From Girardia tigrina (taxonomy: Eukaryota), in NCBI GenBank assembly GCA_001938485.1, contig MQRK01227526.1:62001-120851 (forward strand): a DNA stretch of 58,851 nt, written 5' to 3'. This document shows, piece by piece, positions 12,659-23,800 of this stretch; position 1 is the stretch's first letter; every line of letters begins with the position of its first letter. The position numbers and the translations under genes were made by a program. The notes beneath the pieces were generated by a model, which saw only the letters and a list, made by a program, of their open reading frames with translations, was not told the DNA's origin and ran no database searches.

Positions 12659-14642
12659 TATTTAAATATCCAAAAGCGAATTTTTAACGAAAGCACAATT
12701 GTTCAAATAACTTCATTTTTACACATTTAATGTCAAATTATTTTCTTCTTTCTCGTCCTTCGTCCTAATACGTGGCTGATTTTGCCAGTGTCGTTAAGTT
12801 GATTATTTCAGCCGACATACTCCCAGTGAGAAATTAAACCAAACTACTAGCGTACTTACTCAATTAACATTCCTGAAAATTTTTCCCTTGAAATAATTCT
12901 ATGGTATATGAAAAGTCAACCTAAAATGTTAAAACATGTCCTTTATATTATAAAATTATTTATAACCTTTCAATTAAGAAACTATCACTAATTTGCATGT
13001 TTCTTTGGGTTTAATCTTAAGTGCATTTTTGTAAAAACTGCTGTTTTTTGATTTTCTTTTTTCTGTTCGTTGTAACTTGTTTGAAAGAAAAGTTAGAAAT
13101 AGTTGATCTATTCAACCATATAGAAGAAGACATATCTGACTTGCTATTTCTAAATTGTATAACTAGGTTCATTTGTAAATGTAGTGTCAAGCCTTTCTCG
13201 GATTTTATAAACACTTGATATATTAATTTTTAAAACTCCCATTTTCTTTCAAGATGGTTGAGAAGAGGATAAAAGGTACAAAACTTACTCAAACACCCTT
13301 TGATTGAATTAATATGATAGGAACATTAAAAGAACTTTAATTTCATGACTTGACTGAAATTTAAATTAACCCCAGTCATGAATTTTTGAAACTGATTTTT
13401 TCAAAAAAAAGCCTTTTTAAATACTTTTTGTGAGGAATATTTTCGAATGGTATTTATTGTATGTTGTTTTTTAGGACTGAGTTTCACCCAACAGGTGGAA
13501 GATTGATATTTTGAATGTTTTGAATAATCGAATTATTCGGACAATTTAAAAATGTAAATAACAACTTTAAAATTAAATTAATATACTTTAATCAAGAAAT
13601 ATATAATAATATTTTAATTAAAATAATTTAAATATATTTGAACGTGATTTAAAATATTTTAAAATTGGATTGTAACGTAAAGATTTATTTAATCATAAAT
13701 GATGTATTTAAAATGATTTAAAATATTTAAGAAAATAACTTTTAAATATTTTATTAAGGAATCGTAATTTAAATTTGTTCGAATAATTAGAGGTTTGGAA
13801 ATAGAATTTAATTTATCATTTAAGAACGATGTCCAACTAAAAAAGTTTTGTGTAGAATCGTCCTGGAGGCAATTCGAGTTGTTCTTAATAATTTCAAAAA
13901 CATTTTTTTAAGAAATTCTGATGAGCGCTATAATAAAACAGTACTAAAAAAGTAATGTCTCTCCAGATAAAGAAATCCATCCAGTTTCTTTAAATAAAAG
14001 GTTATGAAAAGATCATCTTTGCAATTATCTCGTTCCATTCAACAAATTCCCTACTCTCTTAATGGATTATTGAATGAAACATATTAAAAATAATGTACTC
14101 AATTTTATAAAATCATTCTTCCTTCGCCTCTAAACAACATTACATCGTTCATTTGCAGGTTTTAAACGATCTTCCTGTTTCATTAATATAAATCTTTTTT
14201 ATATCTACCTTCGCGTTCCTTAATGTTACCTCAACATTTTATTTATCATTTCTTTAAATGATGTAAAATATTTATTTTTAATGTTTTTTTCTTTCTTTCC
14301 TTTCTTTGCCGTGTAAGGGTCTTGGTTTTATATGCAAAAATAGATCGTGTAAAATATTGCTTTATATTTTGTATTACTCTGTAATTAAAGATAAATTAAT
14401 TTTAACAAATAAATTTGTTAATTATCTTTATTTATTTAAATAAAATTTGATGAGATTCCTCACCAGAAGAAAACCAATAAAGAATAATTTATTTTTCCAT
14501 AAACAAATAAGTATCATAAATATATGATTTGCTACTGCTACAATTTATAAATGTTTTTTTATAAAGATAAAATAAATAATCAAGTACGAAAGAAAAACAC
14601 AAAATCACAAGTTATACAGTTTAGGGAAATTGATTTGTTCTT

Positions 14643-14810
14643 TTAGATGGAACCATCGCTGTCGTGTTTCGTATAATCATCGAGGAATTTCATGGGATCA
14701 TCAGTCGGATAGTCGACAGGATACGCAGGGAGATTTACTGGTTGATCGAGATCGGGTTGGATGTTTGGCGGAGAAATACAAAATATTGAATCATTCTTTT
14801 CAGGAATTTC
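14643..14810 (-). CDS. ITPR: Putative terminal exon of the IP3R-like gene (55 aa plus stop)
   Basis: CCACAG acceptor; open phase-0 frame EIPEKNDSIFCISPPNIQPDLDQPVNLPAYPVDYPTDDPMKFLDDYTKHDSDGSI*; compatible with the phase-0 donor GAT|GTAAG at 23694/23693. Confidence 0.65.
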   Translation of the reverse strand, partial: EIPEKNDSIFCISPPNIQPDLDQPVNLPAYPVDYPTDDPMKFLDDYTKHDSDGSI

Positions 14811-17800
14811 CTGTGGACATTTGGCATATTAAGTTAATTAAGCATTAAAGAACAATATTCTAAAGTTATATTATAATTTATTATAAACAAATTAATAATA
14901 TATTTATGATCAATAATACACGTTGGTTCAGCCACCGCCAAACTGAAATATATGGGTTTCTGAAAACTGAGCTTTAGATTCGTACCCCGCTTTTTGACTA
15001 ATTAAATAATGAGTGCAGTCAGGACAACTTGAACCTGGGGGACTGGCACAATGAGACTTTCCTGGTATATTTAATTATGGATGATTAAACCACACTCACT
15101 TATGTTTTTGGTGGAAACAAAGCATGAATCAGAAGAGTGGAAACTGGCTAAAGAGAAGCCATATTTAAAGATACAAGACGGGACAAGAAATAGACGAGCG
15201 CTGACGCTTTCCAATTTATGCAATTGTAAAAGTGTTACTCTCATGGATTTCGAGGATACATGCATCATTATCAACGCTGCCTATTACAGCCAACTCGTGG
15301 CGACCACCGGAAAGAATAGACGGAAGCAGTAGAAGACCCCACCAAGGTTTCTATTTGACAATGCGCTAGTGCACACAGTGAGCATTTCTCGCGATACAAT
15401 GGAAGGTTTTGGACAGGGGCTTGTGGATAATCCGCCGTACATCCAAGATTTGTCACAGAGCGATTTTACACTCTTCAGACACCTAAAGTACCATTTTAGA
15501 AGGTATCCAGCTTGGATAAAAAACGATTTGAAGATTACCGTAGAGGATTTATTCACCGTATGTTTTTGTAATTGATTCCTGTATTGTCATCGTTATTACA
15601 TATTTTTGCAAAATTTCAACTCAATAGAACGATTGAAAGTGAGTGAAAAATCGTTTAATTCGTGACACAAATAAAAGCATGATAAAAATAGACAAATTAT
15701 TGCTAAACAAATAGGGTGCATAAATATAAAGCGTTTAAAACGTAAATCTCTTTATAAATTGATGATTTTCCTATTGATTTTGTGAATTATGAAATTAAAA
15801 CAGGTGATAATATATGTGAGGAATGTTTTGAATTGTGTGTTGATATTGTGCATGATGTATTGTATTGCGCATTCGGATTGTGTCTCTCCTGCACAGATGG
15901 ATGATTGATATTTTCTTTGATTCCTACTAATTGAAAATAATTTAATTTAATTGTAAAGTAAAAAGATTTAAAATAATTTTTGAATGTATTATTTAATTTT
16001 TAATGTAATTTAAAATTTTAATATATTAATTTAATATGTACTTTTTTAAAAATGTTTAGATTTAATTTTAACCAATTAGATTCTTTATAATTAATAATTT
16101 TTAGTAAAAGATTTTCATTTATTGAAAATAATTAGTATGAATTCAGAAATAAATTGATCAAGAAAAATGTCAAATAGTGAATGCACTTGTGATACTAATA
16201 AATGTTGTAAAACTCATATTGATGTTGTTAATAATATAAAACTTAAATAAAGAGAGTACAGTGAAGACAAAGGTTAAATTTGTTTTCATTTATATCTTTA
16301 TGATTTGAGAAGTATTGGGAAGAGAGTTCCAATTATGGATAGGTTAGGACGCCATGATCAAATTGAAGGGCCTTATATAGTGTTGGAGATGTAAGGTTTT
16401 ATTTAAAAATTTTTTGATAGTTTTTTTCAAAAAACTAACAAAAGTTCATTTTTATTTTCTAATTTTCTTTCAGTTTTTCTGCTTTTCTTCTTTGAAATAA
16501 ATTTGATATGAGAACACGTCAACTGGTCGTAGAAAATTGGTCGGGAAACAATTCGCCGGGTATTTTTATCGAAGCGACAATTAATCCAGGATTTTTTGTA
16601 GGGTGACTATTCATCGGGGATTATTGGTAGTGGCGTTTATGATTGGAAGACAATTTTAATGAAAAAAAGACAAAAATTTTTTTTTAATTTTAGAAAAAAC
16701 ATTTTAATGAATTTCTTACAAAAAAACGAATAGGATGACATCATGAGAAACTATGATGTTCACAACGTAATACATTATTTACGAGGTATTGCTCACAACT
16801 TTTCATTTTAATTGTTTAATGTATAATATTTATGTTTTATAATACATTGTTATATATATATATATATTGTATACAAAAAAATGTTCTAATCGATAACACA
16901 CAAAAACGATTCCGACATGAATATATATAATATTTAAAAATTCAAAATAATTTTCTAGAATTAAAATAAAATAATTTATTAATTTGTTAAATTTATTAAT
17001 TTATTTAATAAAACTAAAAAAAATCAAATGAAGGATTTTTTCAAAACAAAATTTAAGAATTATTTAAAAATTTAATCCATCATAAAATTGTTGGTGATTC
17101 CTTGAAAGTTTTCTCCGCACTATTTGGTGTTGTGTCCTATAGTTTTTCTTTAATATTTTTGATTATTTTATAATTATTTTTATTATTTATTATTATGGGT
17201 GTATTTTTTCATGGATCCCCACCAGTTTAAGAATATAGATTAATGAAAAAATTTTGTCGTCCCGACAAAAAATCCCCGATGAATTGTGTTCCGACAAATT
17301 GACGTGGACCCATTTTATATTACCCATGGACAATGTAAAAGAGTCATGGTGTCATTACACAATTTTTAAATTTAAAGAATTTAGTAAAAATCGTAATGAT
17401 AACGAAACACATGTGTTTAAGAGACAAAATCAAAGGGTACGGAATTCTCACGTGTAATTTTGACATATTTATTTTAAGAAAAAAACGCCGGAAAACGATT
17501 AATAACATAAAAAATAGTTGGCCACGGTAGAATGTTTACTTATTGTAATCGTATGTTTTATCAATGATGTTGAAAGTATCTCGATCTTAAGTTCAATCTA
17601 CTTTACGCGAATCGATCTTATTGTCTGACTTGGACTATATACAACCATTTCAAAAGTTATAAAATCGATTTGTATACTGATTATTTAAAATTAAATGTTT
17701 TTAATACTTTTAACCTCACAATTAAATTTTGACATTTTATAAAGGACATTATATGGATATCGGTGTCCATACTCAGACAATAATTTTTATTCAAGACTGC

Positions 17801-20800
17801 AAGCAAGAGGATGTATCAAGACAAGTGTAAGAGGGAATAAATGTTATATAAAGACGATCGTATTGTTCTAACTGTTGGTTCACTAAATCTATAATAAAAA
17901 ATAAATAAGTTTCACGATTTAACCCATATGAAAAAAACCTAAAACGCACAATAACAAAATCCCCAAATTAATTCATTATCAGAAAAAAAAACATTTGTAC
18001 AGTACTGTTTGGGAAGCCTTCCAAAATAAAAACCTTTTCATAATTATTGATCGGAGCCCACCTTAAAATTAAGTATATTCATAGAAAAGTGCATTTGAAA
18101 AGTATCACTTGAAGTTGTTAAAACGAGGGGAAATTGTCATCGAAAAACTTTATTGTATGTATGAGGAGTTAGTTAAAATTTTTTAAACGCCAAATAATTT
18201 CTAAATATTTTTAATTTCAAATTTTAACAAAAATTAAATATTGCAGAATTTAATATTGCAGAAAGAGTTGTTACAGAAAGAGTTTTACTCGATCACAAAC
18301 ATTAACATAAATAATTTTAAAATTCTGTGTACTAGTTTTAAAAACTATTGGGAGAGGGTGGCCTATAAAGCACTATATATCACATCTTTAGATCCTAAGA
18401 TTAATGTGCAAAAGAGTCTTTCGAAAAACCTATTGAGCGTGTTTAGATGACATAACAATCAATTCATGACTCACCGCTTGTCTATTGTTGGATATTAGAT
18501 ATTTTAATTATTTGAAATATTTAATATATGCATTTTTTATAAATATTTTGTTTGAATATTATCAATTAAACAGTGTTTTGGAAAATAAACTTTTCGCGTA
18601 TTACAAGCTATCCGGGCATAATGAATGATATGAAAATAGTTTTGGAGTTTTTGGAAAAATTCGATGGAAGCATCAGCTTCGAGATTTGGCAGAAGAAATT
18701 TGAAATGGTCATGAAAATCCAGACGATTACTGATCCAGCCCCATATCTCCCTTTTTTACTATCGGGGGTTGCACTGAACATCTACATGGAATCGGACAAG
18801 AAGACGCAAAGCAACTGCGATCGGTTCTTCAAAATATTAAACAATTCGTTCCGCCTGACTAGACGTTCTGCGTACAGTCAATTGATAAATTTACAGTATC
18901 ACGAGGGTGAGACTATCGATGAATATGCGTCTCAGGTGAAGATGTTAGCAACAAAGGTCGACGATCTAACAAAGGCTGCCTTCATGGCTGGACTGCCTTT
19001 CGAGTTGCAGATGGATTTGGAACGGGCCGGTGACCAACCCCTGGCCGAAATGATCGAGTATAGCAGCAGGTATTTGGGGATAAAAATGGGTTTACTACAG
19101 GGTTCAATGGCAGCAATACAACCCGGAAACAACAACAAAGAAACAGGGAGTTCCGGAGGTCAGGGAGAACTCGATAAACCCAGAGCAAATCTTCAGAAAG
19201 GACCCTATGGTTATCGTGAGAGAGACACCAAATCGAAGGAAAGTTATCATCATAAGGGTTCTCAGTGGCAATCAAACAGACAAACAATATGCTACAAATG
19301 TCAGAAACTGGGTCATATCGCAAAATATTGTCGGTCGGAAAAAGAACAGGAGAGTTTGTAGGCGCCGGCTCTCTCAATTCACAGTTACAGACGTTGCAGA
19401 CGATGATCGTCACCGTAAATGACAGGTCAGCCATAGCGTTGATTGATTTGGGTTATTCGAAAACGATTGTTTTCAAAGGGTTAGTTAGTGATTGTATGTT
19501 GTTTTCTGATGGAGAAAGTATGGTTTTGGCTAATGGAAAGGGTGTAAGAGTAGGTTCGGGTGAAATGCGGCTGAATATAAATGACAGGATCATTAGGGTG
19601 GAATTTTTGTCGTATGTTCTAGGGATCTTAATGGGTATGGATGTCATAGGTAAATTGAGCGGTGTGAGAATTAATAAGGGTGTTATTGAGTTCGGCGAAG
19701 AAGAAATTAAAGGGATAGATAGTAGCTTGAGTTGTACTGCATCGAATGCGCCTCTTGTTAGTATAAAAAAGCATAACTTTGAAATTGAGTTTAAGGAAAA
19801 ATGGTCGATTTAATGGAATTGGAAAAGGGAGGCTCCGAGTCATCTTCCAAATCGTCAGTCAGTTTTTAAGGACAACAAATTAAAAGATGTTGCAACGTTG
19901 ACAATTTTAGACGGTTGGGTAGAAAAGGGTTATCTAATCGAGTACAATGAGAAAGAAATGGGTAAATCGATAGGATCCATACCGATATTTGGAATATTAC
20001 AGGCTAATAAGTCCAAGATAAGACCCATTTTTGATTTTAGAAAATTAAACAATTACGTGGACGTTTATAGCGGTTCTACGGACATATGTTTAGAAAAGCT
20101 CCGCGATTGGCGACTTAGGGGTTCGACTTTTTCAATGCTTGATTTGTCAGAGGCGTACATGCAGATTCATGTTCATAAGGAGATGTGACGTTACCAATCT
20201 TGTATCAAGAAATATGCTTTATCTAGGATGGGTTTTGGTTTAAACATTGCACCAACTATAATGACTGAAATCGTCAGGTGGATTCTGAACTCTGACACCA
20301 GGATGCGTGAAAATACCGACTCTTATATTGATGATATTTATATAAATGAAAGTTTCATTTCTGTTGAAGAAGTAGGAAAAGTGTTCAGTAACTTTGGCCT
20401 CAAATGTAAAAAACCAGAAAATCTGTCACAAGCCAAAGAAGTTCAAGTTTTAGGAATGGAAGTCTTTAAGGACTAACATGTAGTGAGATGAAGAGGGACA
20501 ACCAGGTAAGGGATGAGCTGGATGTGGAATCAATTCCCCGTCGTGAGTTATATTCGTTATGTGGACAATTAATAGGAATACATCCGGTAGCTAGTTGGCT
20601 ACGTCCGTCATGTTCATATCTTAAACGACTTAGTGAGGGAAGGTGGGATGAAAAGATAGACGATGAATTATTCGAGAAGATTAAATGGATTTTAAAGACA
20701 GTAATAGAGAGTGATCCTTGCAGAGGTTTATGGGCCATTGATGACTGCAGGGAATGTATTATATAGTGCGACGCAAGTTCAATAGCCATTGGTGCGGCGT

Positions 20801-23800
20801 TAGAAGTCAAAGGGAACATAATCGAGGACGCATCATGGTTAAGAAAAACTGATGGTTCTAGACATATTAATGTAGCAGAACTAGAAGCAGTAATAAAGGG
20901 TTTAAACTTATGTTTGAAATAAGGTTTAAGGAGCGTTATAGTAAAGATGGATAATAAATTAGTAGTTTCGTGGGTAACCACAACAATCTCAGATCGCGAA
21001 AATTTAAATACCAAGGCTTCATCTGAGCTTTTAATAAAACGAAGACTGTCGATGATTAAGGAGCTGTGTCAGGAATATGAGATCGAGTTGAAGATCGAGT
21101 TTGTTAATAGCGAAGATAACAAGGCGGATGAGTTGACAAGAATCTCAAAAAAATTAAAAAGAAGCAATTGTTTTTTAACGGTTATGGACGATCTACTCAA
21201 GCTGCAGCAACTTCATGACAAGTGTCATTTAGGCGAAAACAGAATGCGATATCTATGTGCGAAGCAAGGAATAGGTGTTTCAAACGCGGATATCAAGGAT
21301 CTGTTTTCAAGATGTCAAAAATATCAATCCATCGATCCGGCACCGTAAAATGGACAACCGGTAGGCTGAGCGTCAACGAAAACAGGACAAGACTTGCTGC
21401 GGATGTTACAAAGTACAATCAACAAAAATTTTTAAGTGTAATCGATTGTGGTCCTTCTCGCTTTGCGATATGGAAATTAATTAAGGCTGAAGACGTCAAG
21501 TCAATTGTCTCAGATTTTTCAAGTTTGTTTTGTGAACGTGGGTCTCCCAAGGAACTAATTATCGATAATTATACCACATTTCATTCGGTAGAATTCAACA
21601 AGCTAATGGAAAAGTGGAACGTCTGAGTCATGTATCGTATATCAATCGACCTAACTGCAACGAAATAATAGAAAGGAATCATAGAACAATCAAAAGAATT
21701 GCGTCCAGATCAAATATCAGCATATTGGAAGCCTTATGGTGGTATAATAACACGTCATCTGAAGGAAAAGAAACACCAAGCTCGGTGTTGTATAGCTATT
21801 TATAAATTAAGCAGTGTTTTGGAAAAAAAAATTTTAGCGTGTTACATCTATATAAGCAGATTCAAAATTCATTTTTTTCTTGATATCTGACGATGACAGT
21901 TATATCGTCGATTTTAATTGTCCTTAAAAATAAAAATATTTTACAAATGACGTGTTTTTGTTTTTAAAAATTAAATAATTCCTTTAAACATGAAAATACA
22001 TAAATTTTATGAAACTAAAAAAAATAAAAAAAATGATTTTTTAAAAAACCAACTAAAATTAAATATTAAAAAGTGAACGCTATTTTTCACAATTTATTTT
22101 CGTAATTAATTTCGGCGGATTGCCCGCCATCTTCAGACTAAATTAACACTGGCTTTTTGCAGCTTATATATGAGAAAGGTGATTATGCAATCAATCATGT
22201 AATAAAAGCTCTATTTGAAAATGTTTAACAGAGAAGTTGAGTGTGAAGCTTGGATATTAATTTTTGGATCCATGGATCTTATTAATAATGCCTCACACGT
22301 TACTCTGTCCCTGTAATTTTTAAATCGATTACACAGAATTTTAAAATCATTTTCTCCGAAATTCTTTTTACATTTTAAATTATGTTCGGCAATATTACTC
22401 CCATTATCCAACCGACTAGGCTCTTTGATCCATTTGCAGAGATGACGAGATGTCTCTCCAATGTATGTGGCGTTACACCCATTACATGTATATTTATAAA
22501 CAAGATCTTTGGGAGAGAGTAACGTGTGAGGCCTTATTAATAAGATCCATGGATGCAAAAATTAATATCCAAGCTTCACACTCAATTTCTCTGTTAAACA
22601 TTTTCAAATAGAGCTTTTATTACATGATTGATTGCATAATCACCTTTCTCATATATAAGCTGCAAAAAGCCAATGTTAATTTAGTCTGAAGATGGCACTG
22701 GGTAATCCGCCGAAATTAATTACGAAAATAAATTATGAAAAATGGCGTTCACTTTTTAATAATGAATATCAATTGACATTATTTTTACATTCCTTGATAA
22801 AAGAAATATTCAAGTTTTTTCTTCCCGAAACAGATTAGATTAAAAAGGTTTTTATGACCTTCCTGTAATTAACCTTACAAAGCCTCGTGATTCATTTTTG
22901 AATCAACCCCATTTGATTTCAATTTTTACCAAGTCATATTCTCTGAATATTTACGTATTGTATATCTATAAAAAATATCTATGGAACGATTAGTAACCCA
23001 TCTGCATAGCTGCAATTTGTTTTATCGACCAAAATTAAAGTTCATTTTCAATCATTGGATGGGAGTGCTGTGAACATTTGTCTTCTATTAAAAAAATTGC
23101 AAATTGAATTTATTCAATTACGAAAGAAGTGCCTAGAAATTTAATGGTTCCTCTGTTTGTCAGATATATTTTGTGTTAAATTTGCAATTTTTAAATTCTT
23201 TATCAGGATTCCAGAAATGACTGGAATATGACTTCCTAAGGTAAGTGAAAATGCTTGGTTTTATTATGGCAAGTAATCAAATTAAACAAAATGTTATTGA
23301 ACAATTATTAAATTCGAAAGTAAATCTAAAATCAATAAAAAAAATCAAGGTATATAATAAAGAATCAGAGAATTCTAAACATCAAAAAATGAGAAATATC
23401 CTTATGAATACCCTGAAGGATGTGACTTAGCAATCGATAAGTTGGAATGGAATCTTTTTTGAAATTTATATGAAATTATTTTTTTGTTATTATTATATGA
23501 ATTTATTTTAATTTTTTGGACTTTTATGATCACTTTTACATTCTAGCAGAATAAAACTCCGAGAAAAAAGGAGCCCCAAATTTTAAAATAAATTAAAAAT
23601 TCTAAATTAAGTTTATACAAAAATATCATCTTATAAAATATAAAGTTCCCCTAAAAACATAATATAAAAAATATTTTTTTTATCAAATCTTACATCACCA
23701 ATCGCATAATCGGAATCTCCACTTTCTCCTCCAATTGAATCTGAGTGTGGAGGTACTCCAAATGGTTTTGCAGGTAGTTTTGCTTTACTACTCTTATGGC

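Larger units (their letters stand above)
10670..12730 (-). mobile_element. Degenerate Tc1/mariner DD37D (maT/mori-type) element, interrupted by a mariner at 11320-12658
   Basis: Minus-strand peptides FKYP, LRYPSYVLKIR, NRQND, VSSKDEMMVSHFFVKGQTV, VVNPWM, VFLQYSSRTHNSQIVQ, SHDLNRLNY resemble maT transposases. Confidence 0.7.
18280..21925 (+). mobile_element. Penelope-like remnant (GIY-YIG tail plus pseudo-LTR) split by the gypsy insertion
   Basis: NFKILCTSFKNYWERVAYKALYITSLDPKINVQ (18300-18450); removing the gypsy restores ...CTTG-TCTAT-ATAAGC... followed by a degenerate hammerhead CTGACGATGAC..GTCGA at ~21887. Confidence 0.7.

Noticed and set aside
13017-13300. Degenerate C2H2-like peptides (FIKSEKGLTLH), possibly an R2-like element
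   Set aside because: Too decayed to support by eye
9790-14643. Operon or functional cluster linking the channel and the NRPS
   Set aside because: Same strand but separated by about 4.9 kb of TEs; no evidence of co-transcription
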